64,000 bases of DNA, from assembly GCA_965113315.1 (NCBI GenBank), contig OZ220363.1. One strand, written 5' to 3'. Source of the DNA: Podarcis vaucheri (lineage: Eukaryota). The notes under the pieces were generated by a model. It made no database searches and was not told the origin of the DNA. It worked only from the letters and a program-made list of their open reading frames with translations. Made by a program: the position numbers and the translations under genes. This document shows positions 54,401 through 64,000 of this stretch, in pieces. The stretch's first letter is position 1, and each line of letters starts with the position of its first letter.

Positions 54401-55524
54401 AGAAGGGAAGGGAAGAGATGGGAAGTGAGGGAGGGAGGGGGAATGTCTGGGGTTCAGGCAATCAGCTGCTGCTCTGAATACCTAAGCATACTGATGATTA
54501 CCTGTAGTACAGAGACTGCTCCTGGACATGAAGGCAATTCATTGGAGCCTACTAATTCCTGTCCTTCTCTACAAGTGGAAACGGATGTGGATAGCACCAC
54601 AGTTTTGCCAGTAGATAGCGGGAAGTGTGTCCTCACTTTCCTGCTTATTAGGAAGGGACACTCCATCAAAATATTGAAATACCTGTCTCCACCATTCGCT
54701 TTGTCCAGCAGAATTTTGGTGGGTCTTGGAGCAGTAGGAAAAGCAGAAGGCAGGCAGAGGGAGTGTTCACATGTGTTTTGAGTGCACCAACTCCAAACAT
54801 ATCGAAAACATAAAGATCCAACACAGGGATGCTTGCATATTTATACACACTCACCTGATATTCTTTTCTCATATTAAAATATGTTATCACTGATATTTTG
54901 TTTTTGTATCTGCTTTATACAGCTGCTACTGTATAAGGCTGTACAGCTCTCAGTACTGGAAGTTTGATATACATAACAGGGAGTGGACATTACATTCTCC
55001 TTTGTCAGCTTCCAAGAGCATTCAAAGGAAGACTTGCTTCCACCATGGACTTCCATCCAAAGCCCTCAGTGGGAACTAGTGTCTGGGATCTTCTGACTAA
55101 CAATAAAGGAAGATGTGGGTTCATCCTGGGCTGAGTGAAGTCCACCCCACCCCCACCCCACTTGCCTCACAGGTCCTTATTGGGCCTCTCACCTCACAAC
55201 CCAAGGAAGACCAAGAATGTGGGGGGAATGCTGTCCAAATACATCTGTCACCATGTTATTTCTGATTATATGTGAATATATTTTTTAAACTTGATTGTAT
55301 TAGGCATACAACAGCTTTTATAAGCTGTTCTGAAAGCATATTGGGGATATAGAGTGGGTTAAAATATTCTAAATAGACAAATCTGGCTGCATTGTTGAAG
55401 GAAGAATGTCATTATCCCCCGGAGTTTGATCAGCTAAAGCAAACTTATTCTTTTATTCTTAAGCCAAATACGACCTTGCCAGCTTTCCATCTCCCCACAG
55501 CACTTTCTCACTCGGAAGAAATTT

Positions 55525-56083
55525 GGAAAAGGGAAACATAAATGATCAAGGGAATTGAACAACTCCCATGTGAGCAAAAGGTTTGGGGCATTTTAGCTGA
55601 GAGAAATGACAAGTAAGAGGTGACTTGACGGAGGTGTGTGAAATTATGCATGGCATGAAGAAAGTTGACAGAGAAAAGTTTCTCTTCCTTTTTCATAACA
55701 CTAGAACTTGGAGATATCCAATTAAGTTGAACACTGAAAGATACAAGCCAGGCAAACTAAAGTACGTCTTCACTCAGTGCATAGTTAAACTATCGTATTC
55801 ACTCCCACAAGAAGTAATGATGGCCACCAACTTGGATGGCCTTAAAAGAGGATTGGACAAATTCATGAATGATGAAGTTATCAGTGACTACTAACTCTGA
55901 TGGACATGTTCTGCCTCCATGGCTGGAATCAGTAGGCTTCTGCATACCACTTGCTGGGAATCACAAGTGGGAGAGTGCTGGCCCTGTTTTTTGGTTTCCC
56001 ATAGGCATTTGGGTGGCCTCTGTGAGAACTTGATGCTGAATTAGATGGGCCGTTGACCTGATCCAGTAGGCTTTCCTTACATT
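55525..56083 (+). mobile_element. CR1 LINE 3' fragment
   Basis: EVCEIMHGMKKVDREKFLFLFHNTRTWRYPIKL...LPQEVMMATNLDGLKRGLDKFM plus 3'UTR. Confidence 0.85.
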
Positions 56084-56152
56084 CAGACAATCAGCCCACA
56101 CTTCTGCCCTGAATAACCGCCTCTAGTCAGTCACTGAGGAGCTGATCTAGTA

Positions 56153-56363
56153 CAGTGGTACCTCGGGTTACAAACACCTCGGGTTACAAACACTTTGGGT
56201 TACAGACTCCGCTAACCTAGAAGTAGTACCTTGGGTTAAGAACTTTGCCCCAGCATGAGAACGGAAATCGCGTGGTAGCGGGAGGCCCCATTAGCTAAAG
56301 TGGTACCTCAGGTTAAGAACGGACCTCTGGAACGAATTAAGTTCATAACCAGAGGTACCACTG
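56153..56363. mobile_element. Mariner-like MITE (same family as 31707-31948, opposite orientation)
   Basis: TA|cagtggtacctcgggtta...aaccagaggtaccactg|TA. Confidence 0.88.
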
Positions 56364-59300
56364 TAGTAACAGCAGAGTCCTCACTTTATGAGTCAACAAG
56401 TGACCTGTTGGCTTATATTTCACTTCAGTTGTAAAAGGGTACCTTTGAACAGGACAAAAAAATGTATTGACTAAAAAAATGAGATATTTTGTGAAGCAAA
56501 ATTGCTTGGGTGCATTTTCCTATTCTGCAGTCAACTAGCCAAAATAAAAGATCTGGACTAAGTCCAAGGGATGAAACCAATTATGATAAATAGCTAAATC
56601 TGTGAATACCTATGAATCACCTGACTGTAGCATAATCACTTAGAAGTGATACCCCTGAGGCTACTGTTAAAACATGGCAGTGAAATCATCACTACTTTCA
56701 TCAGGGTAATTATAAATCATCATTGTCATTCTCTTTCTAGCCTTGTCGGAACAAAGTCTCAGGAAATTCTTTTCATTTTGCTATGCCTAGCTTTAGTCTG
56801 ATCCAAAATTTATTACTAAAGAGCTCTAGGTTTCATAGTAAACTTTCTAACACATCATTTCTACACATTTACAACCCAGTCCACAGTTTCAGGAAGAAAC
56901 ATTTAAGTTGATATATATTTATTTGAATGGGACTAATTTAGTATAGATTATTGGTGTTCGTATGTCTGAAATCCACAGGTGCCAATATCCTTTGAAATAA
57001 CATTTCCCTCTTCTGAAATAGCAATGGGTCATTTAGCTGCCATTGCACTACTTATTCCCTGGGAAATAATATACCCTAGATATTATTTCAAATCTGATGT
57101 CCTTTCATGATTGTCATAGTTCCTCCCAGCTTCATGACTCACAGTCAAAGTCATGTGATAAACACTGCTTAACGATTCCATGTGGGGATTCAGCAGATAA
57201 GTGAAAATGGGTAAAACCAAGCATACTAAAATAATAGATGTCTTTCCACCACAATAATCAATCTTATCCCATGTGTACATAAACTGAGAACCATACAAAA
57301 TGCAGTCTCCCAAAATGTATGGAGACAGCCTATTCACATACAATTTGTACGTGCACAGACATCATTTTGACTCTAGAATTGAAAAGATGGGATGAAGGAT
57401 AGGGCCAGTAGACACAACTCCAATTCTTCTCCCATGTGTAGAGAGGAACACACATGTAGGTCCTATCTAGATTCACTGTCCTTCATACTTGAAAGCTTTG
57501 CCAATCACAGCAAGTGTTAATTGTAGTAGCTTGCATATGAATGAGAAACTCTGAAGAAGAAAAATCACTTTCATTTTACATTGACCAGGCTAAATACACT
57601 TCAATTAAACAAGAGCATTTCCACATTTATTTCAACAAAACCTACCAACACAGAGTTTCCATTGTTCTCAAAACCTTCACACATTGCAGCATTCTACAAT
57701 CTGATTGCTGTGAAGCCTGACAAATTTGTGTGTGTGTGTTATGTTTCATCTCCTCATTTTCTTATCTCTTTTAAAGGTCACTTGCTTTCAGTCCTTCTTT
57801 AAAGTTTTCATGCTTAATCTCCTTTATTGACACAAGGTCATGAAATACTCTTGTTGTATTGAGGATATACAGACACACTCCATTAATACCCAGTCAATGC
57901 ATTATTTTCAAGGATAATGCAAATGATGGCATTGAAAATCAGCCTTATATTTAATTTTATTATCTCCATCAGCACAAAGGGTCAGATTCAGCAATCTGTA
58001 TACATAAAAAGGTCTATTTATCCAGGTGCATAAAGTCTACATTCTTGCATGTATCTGTATAATGTCTATGCCCCTTACTTGTAATAACCTTTCTAATGTA
58101 AGCAGGTTTCAGTGGCTGGCTTTTAGATTTTAAATGTAAAAAAATATATCAATGAACTTCTTAGTGTTCTGTGTGAATATATACATATCCCCTGTTATTA
58201 AAAACATCTATTTCTATAATAAATCACAGTATCTATGTCCTCTGGCAAAAGGTCTCTTTTTTGTTGTGGTGAACATTTCAGAACAGAGAAATGCAGCCTT
58301 TATTTTGAAGACTAACATTTAAATCCATAGCCAGTGTCCAGCTAGCTGATGTCAACCTATATTTTTGACACTGACTGAAGCCGGTAATTCTGATAAGGCA
58401 AAGGGAAGCTTTTCCCTATCAAAAAAGATTTGGGTCACAACAAGAAGCTTCTTTTCAAATAAAAAAATCTAACCTTACAAGATATTTCAGTGGCCCAGTG
58501 ACTGTAGTGTTTTAGCCAGGCTACCATATCATACACTACACTGAAATCTCACTGGATTAGGGAGATCTGCTATTTTAACTCCTCACTGTGACTGTATACT
58601 ATTTCACTGTCACCTGCATACACAACCAGAATCAAAACACACAGATTCCACACACAGTTTATGGGAGTGTTCACATTACTGCCTTAGTATACAATAATGA
58701 TGATGTTTTTCTGAGTGCTTCACATCTCCTTCCTTCCTAGTGGTTCATATCAGCATGGCTTCATTAGTGTCAGATTCATTTCTGTTTGTGTACACACCAG
58801 GGGGTGTGAATTTCTTCACCATATGCAAAGGGATTCATATCTCAGAGATAAATTAGGATTGCCTTAAGGATTCCAATCGGTATGAAGCTGGCTTGAGAAA
58901 CAACACCTTAAACAGTAGTATTTTATAACAAACTACAAGAAACACATGCAGTTTAGATAACAATGTGTGAATACGGATTAAAAACCCAGCCCTGGAAATG
59001 GAGTTAGCGAATAGTAAAAGCCTATGTTACTAAAAGCCAATATTGTTGGTAGCAGTGATCAAACATAAGCACATTATGGATGTTATTAGCTGGTATAAAC
59101 CTGATAGGATTGGCTAAAGACCAATAGCTTGGGCAATTGTCATCACCTTTGCAACAGCCAGTGTATTTCCCAACCCTACATGCAGCTCAAACCTCCACAC
59201 ACACACACTCAGAAATAAGTACCACTGTTTGCAGTGGGACTTGGTAATGAGACTGCCACCTAAGACTTCAAAGGGCTTAGTTATCTTTTCTGATGGCTTA

Positions 59301-59384
59301 CCCAGGCAGATCATCAACAGAAAGTAATATGACTATATCCCAAACTGAACCCACAGAATTTACAATACCTTTTATCTAGACTTA

Positions 59385-59740
59385 CCGTATTTTTTGCCCT
59401 ATAGGACGCACTTTTTTCCCTCCAAAAATGAAGGGGAAATCTGTGTGCGTCCTATGGGGCGAATGCAGGCTTTTGCTGAAGCTTGGAGAGCGAGAGGGGT
59501 CGGTGCGCACCGACGCCTCTCGCTCTCCAGGCTTCAGGAAGCTATCAGCAAGCCTGGGGAGCCCGCGGGAGTTCCCGCAGGGCTCCCTAGGCTGTGGATA
59601 GCAGCCTGATGCCTGGAGTGTGGGGCGCGCTGAAGCCGCGGCTGGGGGGGGGATAATTTTTTTTCTTTACTCCCCCCCCAAAAAAAAAACAACTAGGTGC
59701 GTCCTATGGGCCGGCGCGTCCTATGGGGCAAAAAATATGG
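59385..59740. mobile_element. Tc2/pogo-like MITE, short variant of 14361-15070
   Basis: TA|ccgtattttttgccctataggacgc...gcgtcctatggggcaaaaaatatgg|TA; first ~155 bp nearly identical to the 14361 copy. Confidence 0.87.
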
Positions 59741-60048
59741 TACATACATTTTCAGTAAAGCGAGAATCTTCTAAGGAAAGGTTTTGACTTGCAACTATGA
59801 AAGCTAGAGCAAGTGGATTGTATTAAATTCTCAGTGGCCTCATAAACTGGACTGACTTTTATTCTCAGCTATTCTGTAGCAGTAGCTTCGGAGGGTAACT
59901 TTCTGCAAAACTTTCAAAATGTAAATTTACTTACAGAACAATTAATAATCTCCATTCTACTTATGGAACACATAATAATCTCTATCCTACTTATGGATAA
60001 GGCTATCCACAGATACTTGATAATTACACTTTACTAACTGCAGCAAAT

Positions 60049-60413
60049 TGGGACGCGGGTGGCGCTGTGGGCTAAAGCCTCAGCGCCTAGGGCTTGCCGA
60101 TCGAAAGGTCGGCGGTTCGAATCCCCGCGGCGGGGTGCGCTCCCGCTGTTCGGTCCCAGCGCCTGCCCACCTAGCAGTTCGAAAGCACCCCCGGGTGCAA
60201 GTAGATAAATAGGTACCGCTTACCAGCGGGAAGGTAAACGGCGTTCCGTGTGCGGCTCTGGCGCGCCAGAGCAGCGATGTCACGCTGGCCACGTGACCCG
60301 GAAGTGTCCCCGGACAGCGCTGGCCCCCGGCCAATAAATGTGAGATGGGCGCACAAACCCCACAGTCTGTCAAGACTGGCCCGTTCGGGCAGGGGTACCT
60401 TTACCTTTACCTT
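60049..60413 (+). mobile_element. Sauria SINE, full length, young
   Basis: (ACCTTT)n tail; TSD taactgcagcaaat at 60035-60048 and 60414-60427; highly similar to the 27294 copy. Confidence 0.93.
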
Positions 60414-60619
60414 TAACTGCAGCAAATATACTTAACATTTGAAGCAGACCTTGCATTATTCTCCTGCTCCTTTTAAAGCTGATCAACTAGAAATTTAGGA
60501 TACCTCTTGCAAGGCATACATTTGACTCCACCTCCTGTTTTGTTTTTGGTCTTTTGAAATACTTCCCAATCAAGTGACAGACATATAGACATGTGTCATC
60601 AGATTGCCCATAATACACG

Positions 60620-61322
60620 TTGCAGATAGCTCAAGGCAACTTTAGTTGTGAGTTGACACAAGGATACATGTATTTTAGGTTAATGGGCTAAAGAAGGCCA
60701 CAACTTTATTGGTTACAGCATGTGAGTGGTATTGGCTTAGGCACTGGATCAAGTAACCTATATCTGACCCCACCCTGCACAGCGGGGGGGGGGGGGTTGT
60801 CATTATAAGGTTTACAACCAGTGGAAGGAGCTTGTTGATGCAAATACAACTGGAAGCTTCCCTTTATGTCACTGGGGGTCGTGCCATGGCCCTAGGCACC
60901 AGCAGGGCATCGTACAGGATCCATGACTGCTGGGTTCCTTTAACGGAATACCCCAAAAGGGGAGGGGTAGGTGATGGCCACACCCTGCCCACCAACGCAC
61001 GACACATATTCCAATGCCTAACCACCAATTCCATAAAAGTTGTGACGATTTGCTACGAGGTAGGCAAAAAACCAAGAGGCTGGTGCCAATCTGCCAAATG
61101 GACAAAAATTCCTACCAGGCCCCCTGGTCAACCAGGGCAACCAACCAAAGTCCATAGCAAGGTCAAAGTATAAATATGACCTAAAGGGAGGGCAGACAGG
61201 TCATCCGATGATTCCACAGAAGCAGAAAGAGGCATGGGGCTGCCGCAGCCACTTGAATGCGGCTAGGAGAAGGGGGCACAGAGCTATCGACTTGGTTACC
61301 TAATTGTATAAATCCTGTTGCA
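60620..61322 (-). mobile_element. Probable solo LTR (boundaries approximate)
   Basis: ggccacaactttatt at 60696-60710 is the reverse complement of the aataaagttgtggcc poly(A) motif of the 44936 LTR; GC-elevated body. Confidence 0.5.
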
Positions 61323-61916
61323 AGCCGAACAGTCTGGCATTTTTCTCTGCAACTTCAATAGATTAATGAGTTCTGATATAGGTGATGTGTTAGGATGACA
61401 ACTCATGCTCATAAACTCATTTCAGTCCTGGTTTGAAATTAAAATGGGTCTCAACAGTCTTACCTACATTTGATGAACTTTGATAAAAATGCATAACTTT
61501 TATTTGGACCAAGAAACCACATTAGTCATCTTCCCGCACCAGAGGAGGAGAAAGGACATTAACTCATTAGTCCAAGGTATGTCATGTAAACCTTGTAGCC
61601 TGTAGATGTTGTTGAACTACAACTCACATCAGCCCTAGCCAACAAGATTATGGGTGCTGTATTTGAGGAAGGATTGTCTAGTATTACATGCAGTTACAGT
61701 GGCTCTCTCATTACCATCTTGGCTGTGAGTCCTGGAAGACCTGCTCCTTGCCTTTCTCCCTGGCCTGGGAGGTTAGGTCCTCGACTAACTCCAGCTACAA
61801 AAGCTGAGGTTGCTGAAGAGGCCAGAGACCATATTCACTGTCTCTTACTGCAGACTTAGGTCAGCGAGCCTGAGCTTCCACAGCTGCCGCCGGCCATAAA
61901 TCACCACTGGCAGGAT

Positions 61917-61918
<2 letters not shown>

Positions 61919-61956
<38 letters not shown>
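61919..61956. repeat. (CAG/GCA)n trinucleotide repeat, intronic
   Basis: Direct reading. Confidence 0.95.
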
Positions 61957-61958
<2 letters not shown>

Positions 61959-61984
61959 TGTTCTGTGCTTATGATAATATTTTA

Positions 61985-62331
61985 GGTAAAAGGACCCTGA
62001 CCATCAGGTCCAGTCGTGACCGACTCTGGGGTTGCGGCGTTCATCTCGCTTTATTGGCCGAGGGAGCCAACGTACAGCTTCCGGGTCATGTGGCCAGCAT
62101 GACTAAGCCGCTTCTGGTGAACCAGAGCAGCGCACAGAAACGCCGTTTACCTTCCTGTCAGAGCGGTACCTATTTATCTACTTGCACTTTGACGTGCTTT
62201 CGAAATGCTAGGTTGGCAGGAGCAGGGACCGAGCAACTGGAGCTCACCCCGTCACAGGGATTCGAACTGCTGACCTTCTGATCGGCAAGCCCTAGGCTCT
62301 GTGGTTTAACCCACAGCGCCACCTGCGTCCC
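61985..62331 (-). mobile_element. Sauria SINE (second subfamily)
   Basis: TSD tatgataatatttta at 61970-61984 and 62332-62346. Confidence 0.92.
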
Positions 62332-62695
62332 TATGATAATATTTTAATCTCTTGCTAATTATCCTGTTTTAAATGTGTGTTTTATATTTGACTTCCTTTA
62401 GTAATGTTTTCTTTTGAATTTTCTTTTTAACTTCTCTGCATTAGATGTGCATTCTGTAGTTGACCTCCCTTATAATGTTTCATTTTGAAATCTTTAAGAT
62501 AATATTTTGGTTTCCTGTTAATCATGTTGCCTTGAATGCATATTTTATATTTGACTTTCTTCAGTAACGTTTTATTCTGGAATGTTTTATTTGATATTTT
62601 AATGCAGACTGTAAACTGCATGCATTCCCCCCCCCCTTAAAAATATAAGGTAGCATAGAAATTAAATGAATAATAATAGCTATAGCTGCCAACAC

Positions 62696-63014
62696 TGTAA
62701 ACGGAATCCCTGATCCAGACCTATTGCAGAGGAGCAATGAAAGTGCTCTCCACCACAATAAAGAGTGTCAAAGCTTTGGTGTCTAGACCCCAAGACCTCC
62801 CCCAAACCAGAAAGGGGAGATCCCCAGCTGTGCGGCTGCTTAAAAGGGGTAAGCCACGCCCCCATACAACTGGATTGGGTGGCCGGGGACCGTGATGCGG
62901 CCAGGATCTCCCCAATGACGCGGGGCTTAGCCCCGCCCCCCGCTGAGTGCAGAGGCCACGCAGCCTGACCGCAATACCGCCCCACCTAGAAGTGCAGCGG
63001 CCTTACTGGAAACA
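62696..63014 (-). mobile_element. Short GC-rich LTR-like segment
   Basis: tgtaaac...gaaaca termini; on the minus strand GC boxes (ggggcgggg), CCAAT and a ttttaa TATA-like box in promoter order; no TSD found. Confidence 0.4.
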
Positions 63015-63509
63015 GTCTTAAACTAGTTACAAATAAATGCTACAAAATACAAAATAACACATTGCTCTTAAACAAGCAATCAATGCAGTCCAATCTTTTT
63101 AGTTCTTAATACAGTTCAATAACTTTCATCTCACTGATCTCAGAGAGAGATCCTGTACAGGCAACTTGCTTGAAACAACATTGCAGAGCTTCAATGACCA
63201 ACTTAGACACTGAATTCTCTGGTTTCATCTCATGTAAGAGAGATCTTTGCTTTGGTTTCCAGGATGAATGATGAATTAACCTGAATGGAAACCTCCACCC
63301 TTTTCTTTGTTGCATTTAGCTAGAGATACCTTCTCTTGCCTAATGCAAACCTCTCTGCTTGGCATTTTAGATACAATGAATTCAAGGACTGTGTTTTATG
63401 CATATTAAATTTATATCTTTAACACTCTTTATTTAAATTTAGCACAAAAATGGTCTCTGATATAGCTTACATTATTTATACCCTGTTAGTTAGTTAGTTA
63501 GTTAGTTAG

Positions 63510-63680
63510 TTAGCAAACAAAAGCCACGTTGAATGTAAACTCTATACATTTATGTACTGGCAATGCTTTTGCCATAATATCTGCAAGCATTTCTTTGGTT
63601 GGACAATACTGAATTTTTATCACTCCTTGGACAAGCGGAGCCTTTACGATAGCTGCTTTATATCTTGTATTCTTTATTTG
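63510..63680 (-). mobile_element. Ty1/copia pol remnant (RNase H C-terminus)
   Basis: LVQGVIKIQYCPTKEMLADIMAKALP matches the copia RNase H motif G.I.L.YCPT.EMLADI.TK.LP. Confidence 0.75.
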
Positions 63681-64000
63681 TAACACATTGCTCTTAAACA
63701 GCAAAAAAATGTGTTACAAATAAAATACCAAGTGACACATTATAACTGTTTCCAGTATAGGTTTGAAACACATTCTTGTGGCTGGAGAGCAAATTTATTT
63801 CTGCTTTGCACATGGTACAGATCAGGGATTCTGCTTGCAGTACCTCTTAACAACTGGTTGGTCAAAATTAGCATTACACCACAAAATCTAATTGGCTAAT
63901 TCATTGGGGGTGGGGATAGGTTAAATTTGCTTAGCTAACTTTTGCCCAGAGCTCCAGTGGCTGAGGGAGCAATTTGGGTGCAATCTATCCCCATTTCTAA

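Noticed and set aside
61916-62281. Poly-Ala ORF as a gene
   Set aside because: (GCA)n microsatellite read through into an antisense Sauria SINE

Overview
Vertebrate nuclear DNA, almost certainly a squamate and probably a lacertid-type lizard, judging from the repeat set (Sauria SINEs with Bov-B LINE tails, Squam3-like SINE, CR1/L2 fragments, many hAT and Tc1/mariner MITEs). The window lies inside one large minus-strand gene, CNTNAP5 (contactin-associated protein-like 5). Four internal coding exons are visible: 33082-32935, 20891-20688, 11523-11339 and 7112-6969 (148, 204, 185, 144 bp). All have GT-AG boundaries and splice in frame; they encode the end of the discoidin domain and the first laminin-G domain. 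The 148-bp exon was missed by the ORF track. The rest is intronic, and most ORFs in the track are noise. The most unusual item is a 1.4-kb non-autonomous hAT element (46973-48396; perfect 15-bp TIRs, 8-bp TSD). It appears to have captured a host CpG-island promoter (two divergent ZNF143/THAP11-type motifs) plus a Kozak-ATG first exon with a phase-0 donor. That exon lies in the CNTNAP5 sense orientation, upstream of a phase-0 CNTNAP5 exon. Rex1/Babar, Penelope (GIY-YIG) and Ty1/copia remnants are also present. All family and gene calls are from recalled sequence similarity, not database searches.
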